From Candidatus Adlerbacteria bacterium GW2011_GWA1_54_10 (GTDB lineage Bacteria; Patescibacteriota; Minisyncoccia; Phycocordibacterales; SBAW01): 64,000 nt of DNA. The notes under the pieces were generated by a model. That model was given only the letters and a program-made list of their open reading frames with translations. It was not told the origin of the DNA and made no database searches. The stretch spans positions 483 through 64,482 of the forward strand of contig LCRO01000001.1 in NCBI GenBank assembly GCA_001004665.1. Reading direction: 5' to 3'. Below are positions 1 to 9,000 of the stretch, one piece after another. Both the position numbers and the translations under genes were made by a program. Within the stretch, counting starts at the first letter, position 1; the number at the start of each line of letters is the position of its first letter.

Positions 1-1358
1 AAAGCGAGGCCGCCGCCGCGGAGCATCTGTCTGCCGCCAAAGCGAGCGACGCCGGACATCGCACCGCCAATCCAGCCGGTCGCTTTCTGCGCCAGCCCGT
101 TGCCTTGCTGGACTACCCAGTCCGCGGCTTTGAGGCCGACGTAAAGGAGTACAACGACGAATGCCATGCGGATAAAAACCCCCGCAATAAGCGCGCCGAA
201 TACGACATCGCCCGGCGATCCGGGGGCGCTCTGCGCGCCCGCCAGCGTCGAGAAGATGTTCTTTCCCTGCTGTCCGTCCATCATTTGCGTAAGGAATGTG
301 GTCAGCAGAAGGAACATAAATAGAAATATTGCGGGATAAAAGGAGAATTTGATCAGGTAGTCCTGCCACGTCTTATAAAACGCCTCGGTCTGCTTGAGCG
401 TTTTGGATACAAGCGCGAGAGGCGATGCTATTATCACGAACCATAAAGCGACTACCCGCATCAGGAACTTGAGCCCCACCTGAAGGAATATGAAGAAAAG
501 CCCGTAAAGTATGAGTCCGAGGGATATGGAGACCACGCTAAATAGAATGACCCCGCTCCAAGTGCCTTTTGCCGCCAGTTTTGCGGATTCGAAACTGCCG
601 GCGCCATAAAGTTTTTGCACTCCGACCGCGTTCATTATGGAGGCTGAAAGGTCTTTGGCGTTTCCGGGGCCGATCCCGGGCGTGCCCGCTGGAACTGGAA
701 TACTGTTATAAAACTGCACTGCCAGTATATTGCCCGCGTCTATTACGACGCGCGTTATAAAGAAGCTGAAGTTTACGATAAGCGCTATCGCTATGACCCA
801 TGCGAGCCGCCGCATGGTGCCAGCGGTCTCGGCGCCCAGCATTATCTCGAATGCAATGTATATAAGAATAAATATGAACGCCATGTTCGCGATGTCGCGA
901 ACGACAGTCCACGCGTCGGTTAAAAACTGTAGGGCATATGCGCTGCTATCTAAGGAAAGTTGGACGATAAGGCCGAGGAAGTATGCGCCGATGAACGCCA
1001 GATAACTTCCGATGCCCGGGAACAACCAGTAAACCATCGCCGCGACGCAATTCGGGAATCGTATGATGAGATTGCAGCGAAAGTCGGTGTCGGTGTTGCC
1101 AGTATCAATACTCGCCACACCCGGATCATTTTGAGCCGCTTTTGTTGGGTCAGAGGGATTATCTAGAACATTACAGTTAACTTGTAGTCCGCCGTTATCT
1201 GGGAGGACAACGCTTCCACCGAGGGCTGTACATGCAGATCGCGCTATACCGTATCGAATACCGGCCTCCGCGTTTGGAGTAAAAATATATAGAGCAAAAA
1301 TTGCCGCAAAGACGACCAAAGTCGCGCCCAGAATATTATTTTTCCTACCTAAACGCAT
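1..1358 (-). CDS. Polytopic integral membrane protein, 3'-truncated at window edge (start ATG at 1358..1356). Candidate TrbL/VirB6-like conjugation/type IV secretion channel protein.
   Basis: Reverse-strand translation is open from 1358 to position 1. It begins MRLGRKNNILGATLVVFAAIFALY, a signal/TM segment, and has at least 6 further hydrophobic helices (e.g. FLGLIVQLSL, MAFIFILIYIAFEIM, LAWVIAIALIVNFSFFITRVVIDAGNILAVQFY, VILFSVVSISLGLILYGLFFIF, VVALWFVIIASPLAL). It is absent from the ORF track only because no stop falls in the window. The family assignment rests on topology and on a TrbL-like loop pattern and is tentative. Confidence 0.55.
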   Translation of the reverse strand, partial: MRLGRKNNILGATLVVFAAIFALYIFTPNAEAGIRYGIARSACTALGGSVVLPDNGGLQVNCNVLDNPSDPTKAAQNDPGVASIDTGNTDTDFRCNLIIRFPNCVAAMVYWLFPGIGSYLAFIGAYFLGLIVQLSLDSSAYALQFLTDAWTVVRDIANMAFIFILIYIAFEIMLGAETAGTMRRLAWVIAIALIVNFSFFITRVVIDAGNILAVQFYNSIPVPAGTPGIGPGNAKDLSASIMNAVGVQKLYGAGSFESAKLAAKGTWSGVILFSVVSISLGLILYGLFFIFLQVGLKFLMRVVALWFVIIASPLALVSKTLKQTEAFYKTWQDYLIKFSFYPAIFLFMFLLLTTFLTQMMDGQQGKNIFSTLAGAQSAPGSPGDVVFGALIAGVFIRMAFVVVLLYVGLKAADWVVQQGNGLAQKATGWIGGAMSGVARFGGRQMLRGGGLA

Positions 1359-3543
1359 TGCATCGTTGTAATTCCGCGGCGGTTTGCTGGTTTAGCGCGG
1401 CCATGCGCGACTGCAGGGCTGCGCGGTCCTGCAGTGTCTGCGTTACGTCTGTTTGTGACATGATTTCTCCCCGTGCTTGCGTGGCTGCATATTCGCGCGC
1501 CACGGATTCGACATCCGTCATGGAAGCGATATATAACACGCGGGTCTGCAGGTCCTGCAGCTTCGCTATCGCCGAATTGGCGCGCGCTATTTGCGCGTTC
1601 TGCCCGTCAATTTCGGAATTAAGCGAATTCTGCTCCGCAAAAGCCGCCGCCGCGTTCTGCGCCGCCTGTAGCTGTCGCGCCATCGAGGTTGCGGTGGAGG
1701 ACGCCGTTTCCCAGCAGTTGACCAATTGCTGGAGCTGTCCCTGGGCGTGGCTCAAGTCGGCAATGCTCCCCTGCGCCGCCGCGCCGAACTGCTGGGCTAG
1801 CACCACGCTCCCCTGCATTCGCGTAAGCAGCGCCTGCCCCTCTGCCTGTGCCTGCTGTTGTTCAGGAGTCAGGTAATCGCCCTGATATCCGCCGCTCCCG
1901 CCGCTCCCGAGCGTGGAGAGTCCCTGTGTAAGCGAACGGGTCATAAGCTGTTGTATCATCGCCGAGATTATCTCGTCGAAATAATTCGCAAGCTCCAGCT
2001 GGTGAAAGCTCGTCTGAAGAGTAGTCTCGAGGGAGCTTTCGACTATTTTACCCGGCGTCGATATTTCCCTGTCGCAAACGCGGCTACCGTTAACAAGCCG
2101 GCAGTTCTTCTCTTTTGTAACCGCAATAAAGCCCCCCGGCGAGAGATTGCGGTTAGCTTTATTGACGGCATTTTGCTGGGCCGTCTGCAAGCCCGCCTGC
2201 GCATAGAAGTAAGCTCCGTAAGGATTGTTTGTCGGCATCGTGGTAAAGGAAAGCAGTCCCTGCCAGCCTCCCTGCGAGAAGTCGCCGTTCATGAAGCCGT
2301 TGATGTTGCGAATGACGCCGGAGAGTGTGCATGACGGGGCGCTGCGGCGCGCGTAGCTCTGCGCGACGGCTATGCGCACCTGTAGCTGGAACGGCGAGCA
2401 CATGAACGAGAGTGCACTGCCCCTTATAAATTCGCTGGCCGCCTGGTCGGCCACGTTGGTGAAAAAGCGCTCGTAATTGGTAACGAAAGACGGCTTGCCC
2501 TGATATCCGGAATTTATCCAATTGACTATGCTCGCGGTCATCTGCTGTAGAGCGGCTTTGGCTATAGTGCGCGTCAGGCAGTCCTGCAGATCCTTGAATT
2601 GATTCTGGGAAAGTTTGCGGTTGGAATTTATGTCATATACGAGCACAAAGCCTACGCCGAGCGCCGCGGCTCCTTCGAGTGCCGATTGCCCCGTGCCGCC
2701 AAGCACTCCGAACACCTGCGAGGCAAGGCATGCGCCCGCAGTCGCGCCCAAAATACCAAGCCCGAGCCCTAAATTTCCGCTCTGTCTCTGCCCTTCTTGA
2801 GTCATCCCGCCGGGAAGCACCGAAACTGTCCCTCCCGTGCCGCTCTGATTAAGCTGGTCCGCGGTACGCGGGACAAAAGTAGTAATGGAACCGCCGCCGC
2901 CAATGTCATTGCCGCTCCCGCCGCGTGCCGGCGGACCGAGCCACTGTGCGTAAGGCACGTAAGAAGTCTCTTTAAGCGGCGTCTGCGTGACAATATTTTG
3001 GCCTCCGCCGTCAATCGTAATATTTTCTTCCGTTCCTCCTGTAGTACCGCTTTGAATAATGGTGCCCGTAAGGATCTGTCCGTTTAAGGTGCCGGTGAAC
3101 GTATTGCCGATAATCGTACCGGTTATATATGCTCCCGAATCGGCAGTGCCGGTAAAGTTGTTTCCGGAGCCAAGCGTGCCGGTAATCATGACACCCGTGC
3201 TTGTTATTCCCGTAAACGTGCCATCCGCGTTAAGTGGAATATTGGTTTGCGCGCCCGCTCCTGCCCCCGTGGTTCCGCCACCGTCGCCGCGCGTTGCCGT
3301 TCCACGCCCCGCCCCGCCTATATCATTTGGAATATTTGTTTGTGTGCCGCGCGTGCTGGTCGCGGAGCGCCCGGCGCCCGAGCCGAACTCTCCGCCCGTT
3401 GTTGCTCCTCCACCCGCCCCTCCTTTCCAGAAAAATAGATACCACAAAAAACCTATGACAAGAACGAACAAAATCGCCGCGAGTACGATAATAATGATGC
3501 GTCGGCTCCGATTCGAGTTCATGAATTTAGAAAGATGCTCCAT
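1345..3543 (-). CDS. Large membrane-anchored protein with an N-terminal TM helix, Gly/Thr-rich tandem repeats of the form (F/I)TGT(L/I)xG (beta-helix/adhesin-like), and a C-terminal Gln/Ala-rich coiled-coil.
   Basis: 732-aa ORF overlapping the downstream membrane-protein gene by 14 nt. N-terminus RRIIIIVLAAILFVLVIGFLWYLFF. About 250 aa of GGAGGGATTGG...FTGITSTGVMITGTLGSGNNFTGTADSGAYITGTIIGNTFTGTLNGQILTGTII repeats. The C-terminal 200 aa have a heptad-like Q/A-rich sequence. Confidence 0.6.
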   Translation of the reverse strand: MEHLSKFMNSNRSRRIIIIVLAAILFVLVIGFLWYLFFWKGGAGGGATTGGEFGSGAGRSATSTRGTQTNIPNDIGGAGRGTATRGDGGGTTGAGAGAQTNIPLNADGTFTGITSTGVMITGTLGSGNNFTGTADSGAYITGTIIGNTFTGTLNGQILTGTIIQSGTTGGTEENITIDGGGQNIVTQTPLKETSYVPYAQWLGPPARGGSGNDIGGGGSITTFVPRTADQLNQSGTGGTVSVLPGGMTQEGQRQSGNLGLGLGILGATAGACLASQVFGVLGGTGQSALEGAAALGVGFVLVYDINSNRKLSQNQFKDLQDCLTRTIAKAALQQMTASIVNWINSGYQGKPSFVTNYERFFTNVADQAASEFIRGSALSFMCSPFQLQVRIAVAQSYARRSAPSCTLSGVIRNINGFMNGDFSQGGWQGLLSFTTMPTNNPYGAYFYAQAGLQTAQQNAVNKANRNLSPGGFIAVTKEKNCRLVNGSRVCDREISTPGKIVESSLETTLQTSFHQLELANYFDEIISAMIQQLMTRSLTQGLSTLGSGGSGGYQGDYLTPEQQQAQAEGQALLTRMQGSVVLAQQFGAAAQGSIADLSHAQGQLQQLVNCWETASSTATSMARQLQAAQNAAAAFAEQNSLNSEIDGQNAQIARANSAIAKLQDLQTRVLYIASMTDVESVAREYAATQARGEIMSQTDVTQTLQDRAALQSRMAALNQQTAAELQRCNAFR

Positions 3544-4409
3544 GCGATCCCCAGGTCTTCTTTATTGAAAATTATACCGCCCGTTCGAAGGCTTTCGGCG
3601 ACATTTGTCAAAAGGCGCGCCTGCTCGCTCATCAAGGAGCGATAACGCTGGTATCCGCTTAAGCCCCGGAGCGGATCGCCTTGAACCAGTCTCATGTCTC
3701 CCAGCGCCTCCGCTATGTGCAAAAAATTGTTAGTCGCCTGCAAATGTAATGGAACAAGAGTGCTCGGCACGGAGAGCCTTGCAAGGTCGCGGGCGAGCGC
3801 GGCGTAGTGCCCGCTTATCGCTTCCAGCGTCTCTATCTCCGTCTCGGAATTGTTGTCCACGGCAAGCGCGAACGCGCGAAAGGCGCTTTCCGAGTTAGCC
3901 TGTGCGTGAGCGCCGAATGTTCCCATGACCTCATTGCCGTATGCACGGAGGGTTTGTGGCGAGGAGGCAACTGCTGCAAGGTCGGCCGCGGTATAAAGCT
4001 CCGGCGCCAGCGTCTCCATGCGCGCGAGGGCATCCCCAACTATCTCATCCTGCGTGGGGATGTCGCCGCCAAGGCCTTCGGTCCTGGCGGCCGTGAGCTT
4101 TATAAGTAGCGAACGGGCCACGGTGGAGGTCATGTTGTCGCTTTTCGCGGAGTCAAGGAGATCCTCTATTTCGCCTTCCGATATGGGCTCCGGCAGAGAT
4201 GCGAACGCGGCGCCGCCCTGCACGTCCTCGAGCATATGTTGCCAGTCCTCCTCTGCACCCTCCGTGGCGCCGGTGCTCACGGCGAGAGAGCCCACATCAT
4301 TTTTTGGCGCGGCCGCGTAGTCGGCCGCAGCGACAAGAGAGCCGGCGACCAGCAGTGAAGCGGCGATGAGGGAAAATTGCCGGCTGGGGAGATACTCCCT
4401 TAGGCTCAT
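3519..4409 (-). CDS. Secreted or signal-anchored alpha-helical protein of unknown function; first gene of the minus-strand operon 4409..1.
   Basis: 296-aa ORF. N-terminal signal/anchor SRQFSLIAASLLVAGSLVAAADYAAA. Overlaps the next gene by 25 nt. Acidic and helical composition. Confidence 0.55.
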   Translation of the reverse strand: MSLREYLPSRQFSLIAASLLVAGSLVAAADYAAAPKNDVGSLAVSTGATEGAEEDWQHMLEDVQGGAAFASLPEPISEGEIEDLLDSAKSDNMTSTVARSLLIKLTAARTEGLGGDIPTQDEIVGDALARMETLAPELYTAADLAAVASSPQTLRAYGNEVMGTFGAHAQANSESAFRAFALAVDNNSETEIETLEAISGHYAALARDLARLSVPSTLVPLHLQATNNFLHIAEALGDMRLVQGDPLRGLSGYQRYRSLMSEQARLLTNVAESLRTGGIIFNKEDLGIAWSIFLNS

Positions 4410-4431
4410 AATAATAGTATATTATGAAAAA

Positions 4432-4749
4432 ATGCACCCCGTATCCCGATTTGCAATAATTATTGCTCTTGTAGCCGGACTTTCCGCTCCCTTGCACGCC
4501 TCGGCGCTCGGATTTTCCTTCGGCGGCCGTGTCATATCAATTCCGGTACCGTGCTTCGGGTTGCCGGGATTCTTCGGGGTAGCGATTATTCCGGCGGGAC
4601 GCTTCTCCCCGTTCTATGTATGGGGTCCGGGAACCATAGGACTGCCCCCTCTTCATCCCGGCCAGCAGATATTAGGCATTTACGACCTGCCGCTACTGTG
4701 CAACGGCGTTCCCGGCTTCCGCATCCAGTACGACGGCGTCAGTATTTAG
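4432..4749 (+). CDS. Small secreted protein (about 105 aa) with an N-terminal signal peptide; hypothetical.
   Basis: Internal ATG of ORF 4366..4749 gives MHPVSRFAIIIALVAGLSAPLHASALGFSFGG..., a classic signal peptide with an AXA site. Gly/Pro-rich mature part. Sits between divergent operons. No recognisable family. Confidence 0.35.
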   Translation: MHPVSRFAIIIALVAGLSAPLHASALGFSFGGRVISIPVPCFGLPGFFGVAIIPAGRFSPFYVWGPGTIGLPPLHPGQQILGIYDLPLLCNGVPGFRIQYDGVSI

Positions 4750-5479
4750 AAAGCGCAAGCCACTGCGCGAGCCCGATGTCCTCCGCGCGTGCGTTCTCCG
4801 ACACCCCGACACTCCGCAGAATGTCCGAATGTTTTAAGGTGTTTTTTAGCTGTTTGCGTTTTTGGGAAAATCCCGCCCGCACAAGCTCGAAAAACTTTTT
4901 TTCGTGTGTGGCTCTCTTAAAATTTTTTCTCGATATGTTTTTGACCGCCAATATGGCGGAATCGACTTTCGGCGCGGGATAGAACGCGCCTCGCGGAACA
5001 GTTTTTATTATTTTGGGCTCACCGTACACCTTTACGGAGAGAGAAAGTACGGATTCTTTTTTGCCTCGCGCTATGCGCTCGGCAACTTCCTTTTGCACCA
5101 AAAAAACCAGGAGCTTGGGCTGCAGCTTTGCGGACAAAAATTTTTTCAGCAATGCGCCCGTGATATAATATGGAATATTCCCGGCCACTTTATATTTCCC
5201 TAATTGATATGATATATCATATCGCAAGACATCCCCTTCTATAATTTTAAATTTTTTTTTATTTTTAAATTTTTCTTTCAGAATCGGTATCAAACGCGCA
5301 TCTTTTTCGACCGCAATCACTTTTGCTCCGCGCGCAAGCAGAACTTCCGTGAGTGCGCCGTCGCCCGGCCCCACCTCGAGAACAGAATCGCCCTTTTTGA
5401 CTTCTGCCGCATCGGCGACCGCATTCAAATAGAATGCGTTATGCAGGAAGTGTTGCCCGAGCGACTTTTTTAATTTCAT
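4739..5479 (-). CDS. rsmA: 16S rRNA (adenine1518-N6/adenine1519-N6)-dimethyltransferase RsmA/KsgA.
   Basis: LGQHFLHNAFYLNAV signature N-terminus. SAM-binding motif VLEVGPGDGALT. 246 aa. Confidence 0.9.
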   Translation of the reverse strand: MKLKKSLGQHFLHNAFYLNAVADAAEVKKGDSVLEVGPGDGALTEVLLARGAKVIAVEKDARLIPILKEKFKNKKKFKIIEGDVLRYDISYQLGKYKVAGNIPYYITGALLKKFLSAKLQPKLLVFLVQKEVAERIARGKKESVLSLSVKVYGEPKIIKTVPRGAFYPAPKVDSAILAVKNISRKNFKRATHEKKFFELVRAGFSQKRKQLKNTLKHSDILRSVGVSENARAEDIGLAQWLALSKY

Positions 5480-7389
5480 TCCAAATATATTGTTTTACCG
5501 ATTCTTTCCGGGGATTCGGATAGTACCAGATTTTCTGGAATGTCCTCAAGAAATTGGGAGGGGCAGGAAGCGTTTTTCTGGCCGAAAAGTGTTCTATAGG
5601 ACGCATATGTCAGGTAAACTTTTTCCTTGGCGCGCGTCAGGGCGACATACATGAGACGACGCTCCTCCTCTTTGTCCTCCGCCTCTCCATCGAGCCTATC
5701 GTGCGGGAAAAGCCCTTCCTCAAGCCCTGTGATGAACACGACCGGGAACTCAAGCCCCTTTGCCGCGTGGACGGTTGTAAGCTTGACCGCATTCTTCTCC
5801 TCTTTTATCTCGTCCTGATCGCCCGCAAGAGCCGCCGCCTCCAGAAACTCCTCCGTTGTTTTGTGGCGGGAGGCGAGCGATGCGAGCTCGCGCAGATTCT
5901 CGAGGCGCTCCTGCCCCCCTCCGCCATATGGATCGTCTTCTTTATAGAAGCGCTCCATTCCGCTCTCTCTAATAACGAATTTAATCAGCTCCTGCGGCGG
6001 CATCTCTCGCGCGGCGACGCGCACGCCAACGAGTAATTTTTTAAAGTCCGCCGCCCTCTCGCCCGGAGGCCGGCCCGAGAGCAGTTTTAACAGCGTTACC
6101 TTGCCGATGCCGCGCGGCGGCACATTGGCGATGCGAGCCACGTCGCCCGCGGTATCGTACAGAGCCGCGCGGATAAACGAGAGCGCGTCCTTGACCTCCC
6201 TGCGCTCGAAGAAGCGCGTGCCGACGACCTGATACGGAATTTCCGCCGCCAGAAAACGCTCTTCCAGAACGCGCGACTGGAAATTCGCGCGGTAAAGCAC
6301 GGCAAAATCGCGGGGCTCTCTCCCTTGTTCCATTTTCTCGCGCACGGCGCGCGTTACGAACGCCGCCTCGTCGGCCTCGTCGAACGCCTGATAAACGGAG
6401 AGAGGATCTCCGTCGCCGTTTTTCGTAAAAAGATTTTTTTCGGGTCGGAATGCGTTTTTGACTATGACCTCATTCGCAGCCGCGAGAATTGTCTTGGTAG
6501 AGCGGTAATTTTCCTCCAGCTTTACCGTCCGACCGCCCGGGAATATTTTATCAAACGATAAAAGATTGCGCACTCGCGCCCCCCTCCAGCTGTATATACA
6601 CTGGTCCACGTCCCCAACCGCGCAGATGTTCTCTCCGGGGCCGACAAGAAGCCGCGCCAGACGCGCCTGTATTTTGTTGGTGTCCTGATACTCGTCAATA
6701 AGCATGTAGCGCCAGCGTTTATGCAGTGCCCCGCGCACCTCGCCATGCTCTTCGACAATTTGCACGGCGCGCAGAAGCAGGTCGTCGAAGTCGAGCGCTC
6801 CCTCGCGACGCAAGGCCGCCTCGTACAGAATCCACGCCCGCGCGATAGCTTTGTCGCGCGGTCCGCCAGCCGGCGGATCCACGCCCGCGGCAAACTCCTC
6901 GGCCGCTATACCCTCTCCCTTGCTGCGGCTTATAACGGCAAGCGCTGAACCAGCGCCCAAATCCTCCGCGCCGGTTTCCCTGAGCGCACGCTTTATCTCC
7001 CGCAGTGAGTCGGCACGGTCGTAAACGACAGGCCGGCGCTTGAGGCCGAGCAACCGATAATTTTCTTTAATAATAGTAAGGCCGAGCGAGTGGAAGGTCG
7101 CTATAAACGGCGCGGAGTTAGGGTGACTCCCTAGACTGGGGCTCCCTAAGGCGTCGTCTTGATTCGTCAGACCTTCGCGCACCCTATCGCGCATCTCTCC
7201 CGCTGCCTTATTGGTAAAGGTGACCGCAAGGACCTGCTCCGGCTCGGCTCCCCTCCTGATAATTTCCTTAATGCGCTCGGTTATAACCCTGGTTTTGCCC
7301 GCTCCGGCTCCCGCCAATACGAGCAGGGGCCCCTCTGTTGCCAAAACAGCCTTTCTCTGCTCTGGGTTGAGGTCGGTGAGATGGTCCAT
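5476..7389 (-). CDS. pcrA: ATP-dependent DNA helicase, UvrD/PcrA (superfamily 1A).
   Basis: Walker A AGAGAGKTRVIT, motifs TFTNKAAGEM, DEYQDTN and VHAAKGLEFPVVFI. 637 aa. Confidence 0.9.
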   Translation of the reverse strand: MDHLTDLNPEQRKAVLATEGPLLVLAGAGAGKTRVITERIKEIIRRGAEPEQVLAVTFTNKAAGEMRDRVREGLTNQDDALGSPSLGSHPNSAPFIATFHSLGLTIIKENYRLLGLKRRPVVYDRADSLREIKRALRETGAEDLGAGSALAVISRSKGEGIAAEEFAAGVDPPAGGPRDKAIARAWILYEAALRREGALDFDDLLLRAVQIVEEHGEVRGALHKRWRYMLIDEYQDTNKIQARLARLLVGPGENICAVGDVDQCIYSWRGARVRNLLSFDKIFPGGRTVKLEENYRSTKTILAAANEVIVKNAFRPEKNLFTKNGDGDPLSVYQAFDEADEAAFVTRAVREKMEQGREPRDFAVLYRANFQSRVLEERFLAAEIPYQVVGTRFFERREVKDALSFIRAALYDTAGDVARIANVPPRGIGKVTLLKLLSGRPPGERAADFKKLLVGVRVAAREMPPQELIKFVIRESGMERFYKEDDPYGGGGQERLENLRELASLASRHKTTEEFLEAAALAGDQDEIKEEKNAVKLTTVHAAKGLEFPVVFITGLEEGLFPHDRLDGEAEDKEEERRLMYVALTRAKEKVYLTYASYRTLFGQKNASCPSQFLEDIPENLVLSESPERIGKTIYLE

Positions 7390-7474
7390 GAAGGCAGTCT
7401 ATCCTTTTAATCGTTATTTTTCAATGTTTTTTGGTACCGATCTTCATGTTTTCCACAGACGGCAAACGAAGTAG

Positions 7475-7504
7475 TTGACTATTCGGAAGCCGACTGGCTA
7501 TAGT
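7475..7504 (+). promoter_or_regulatory. Candidate sigma70-type promoter (TTGACT-18-TATAGT) in the pcrA / LysM-M23 divergent intergenic region.
   Basis: ttgact at 7475-7480, an 18-nt spacer, and tatagt at 7499-7504, read directly from the sequence. Confidence 0.35.
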
Positions 7505-7528
7505 GGGCACATACGGATACGGTGAGCT

Positions 7529-7557
7529 GAAAAGTGGCTCTATAGAGCCACTTTTTT
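7529..7557 (+). terminator. Rho-independent-terminator-like hairpin followed by a T-run (aaaagtggctc-tata-gagccactttttt), immediately downstream of the candidate promoter. Possible short sRNA end or leader attenuator.
   Basis: Perfect 9-10 bp stem, 4-nt loop and a 6-T run at 7550-7556. Lies about 35 nt upstream of the LysM-M23 start codon. Confidence 0.4.
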
Positions 7558-7590
7558 GCGGAAGGCGACAGAATTCAGGGTAAAATCACT

Positions 7591-8607
7591 TTGGACCCAA
7601 CATCTTTAGATCCCAAAAAGCGAATACGCTACAGTGCCGCGATCGGCATTGCACTCTTGGCGTTGGGGATACCCCTTTTGGCTTCCGCAAGTGTTTTTAC
7701 AGAATGGCTGCGAGGGTTCGGGGAGGCGGCCAGCGCCTCTTCTCTAAAGCTTAATTCCCAAACAATCCCTATCCTTGCTCCTGCCACAAATATTGATCCG
7801 CACCCGACAGGCGGCGGCGATATAGCCATTGTCGGAGGCTCGGCTCTCCTGCCCCAAGGCGGCCCGTCGGGGACCCTTGCCGACATCACCGAGAGCATGG
7901 AGTCTGCACAAATCAGCGTATATACGGTGCACCGCGGTGACACCCTTTCCGGTATCGCTGGAATGTTCGACGTCTCTGTCAACACCATAATGTGGGCGAA
8001 CGACTTAAAGAACGGGAAAATTCAGGAGGGACAGCAACTGGTGGTCCTTCCGATAACCGGGGTGCGCCATACAGTGGTCAAAGGGGAAACGCTGCAGTCC
8101 ATAGCCGAAAAATACAAAGCGGACGGGGATGAAATAGCTGGATTTAACAATATTGACGGCGCAAGCCTTGCGGTCGGGGAGGTGATAATTATCCCCGACG
8201 GGGAGATAACGCCGCGCTCGACTTCTCCGGCGCGCACTGGCGGCAACCGCAATGTCGTCGGATATTACGCCTGGCCCATGCAGGGCGGCGTGATAACCCA
8301 AGGACTCCACGGTTACAACGGTATAGACATAGGAGCTCCTTCCGGTACCGGCATTCTCGCCGCTGCCGCCGGCACTGTGATAATCGCCCGCGATAGCGGG
8401 TGGAATGGTGGCTATGGTAAATATCTCGTAATCAAGCATGATAACGGGACGCAAACGCTCTACTCGCACGCGAGCCGACTCTATGTCTCTGTGGGAGAGC
8501 GCGTGGGGAAAGGCGCCGTAATAGCCACGGTTGGCTCGACAGGAAAATCAACGGGCCACCACCTGCACTTCGAGGTTCGCGGCGCGGCGAATCCGTTTGC
8601 AAGATAA
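7591..8607 (+). CDS. Cell-wall peptidase with two LysM domains and a C-terminal M23 (LytM) metallopeptidase domain.
   Basis: LysM repeats YTVHRGDTLSGIAGMFDVSVNTIMWAN and HTVVKGETLQSIAEKYKADGDEIAGFN. M23 motifs GIDIGAPSGTGILAAAAGTV and GHHLHFEV. N-terminal signal/TM segment. Confidence 0.85.
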   Translation: MDPTSLDPKKRIRYSAAIGIALLALGIPLLASASVFTEWLRGFGEAASASSLKLNSQTIPILAPATNIDPHPTGGGDIAIVGGSALLPQGGPSGTLADITESMESAQISVYTVHRGDTLSGIAGMFDVSVNTIMWANDLKNGKIQEGQQLVVLPITGVRHTVVKGETLQSIAEKYKADGDEIAGFNNIDGASLAVGEVIIIPDGEITPRSTSPARTGGNRNVVGYYAWPMQGGVITQGLHGYNGIDIGAPSGTGILAAAAGTVIIARDSGWNGGYGKYLVIKHDNGTQTLYSHASRLYVSVGERVGKGAVIATVGSTGKSTGHHLHFEVRGAANPFAR

Positions 8608-8700
8608 ATTTAGCGTCTTCCGATAAAGCTTGATTTTTTCTCGCAGGGTGGTTTAATTTAATAATGGTTCCGATGCCCGGGGCCTTCAAGCATGGGAGGT

Positions 8701-8877
8701 TCTTTTTAGCATGTTAAAAAACCGGCGCGAAGTTTTACAGGCCATTGCAGTCGCCACCGGGGTTCTGGGACAAGTTCCCCAGCAGGCCGACGCCGACGCA
8801 GTGAAACCGCTCACGATGTACGATGAGTTTGAGCGGGACTATCCTCGGCCGCCAATGTTGGCCTCGGCCATTATGTA
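8701..8877 (+). CDS. Possible small protein (58 aa); hypothetical.
   Basis: ATG-initiated ORF MLKNRREVLQAIAVATGVLGQVPQQADADAVKPLTMYDEFERDYPRPPMLASAIM. It ends 25 nt before a strong terminator. No family recognised. Confidence 0.2.
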
Positions 8878-8901
8878 GTTGGTTGAGAAGCCGAACCGTC
8901 G

Positions 8902-8937
8902 CACCAATTTTCCTGTTGGAAGATTGGTGCTTTTTTT
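8902..8937 (+). terminator. Rho-independent terminator (caccaat-N14-attggtg followed by TTTTTTT).
   Basis: 7-bp perfect stem and a 7-T run, downstream of the LysM-M23 gene and small ORF. The downstream comM gene converges from the minus strand. Confidence 0.6.
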
Positions 8938-9000
8938 GGAATGCTTTAACGGACTGATGCGTAGCGTATAACCAAGCTATAGCAGGGTTATATACTACAT

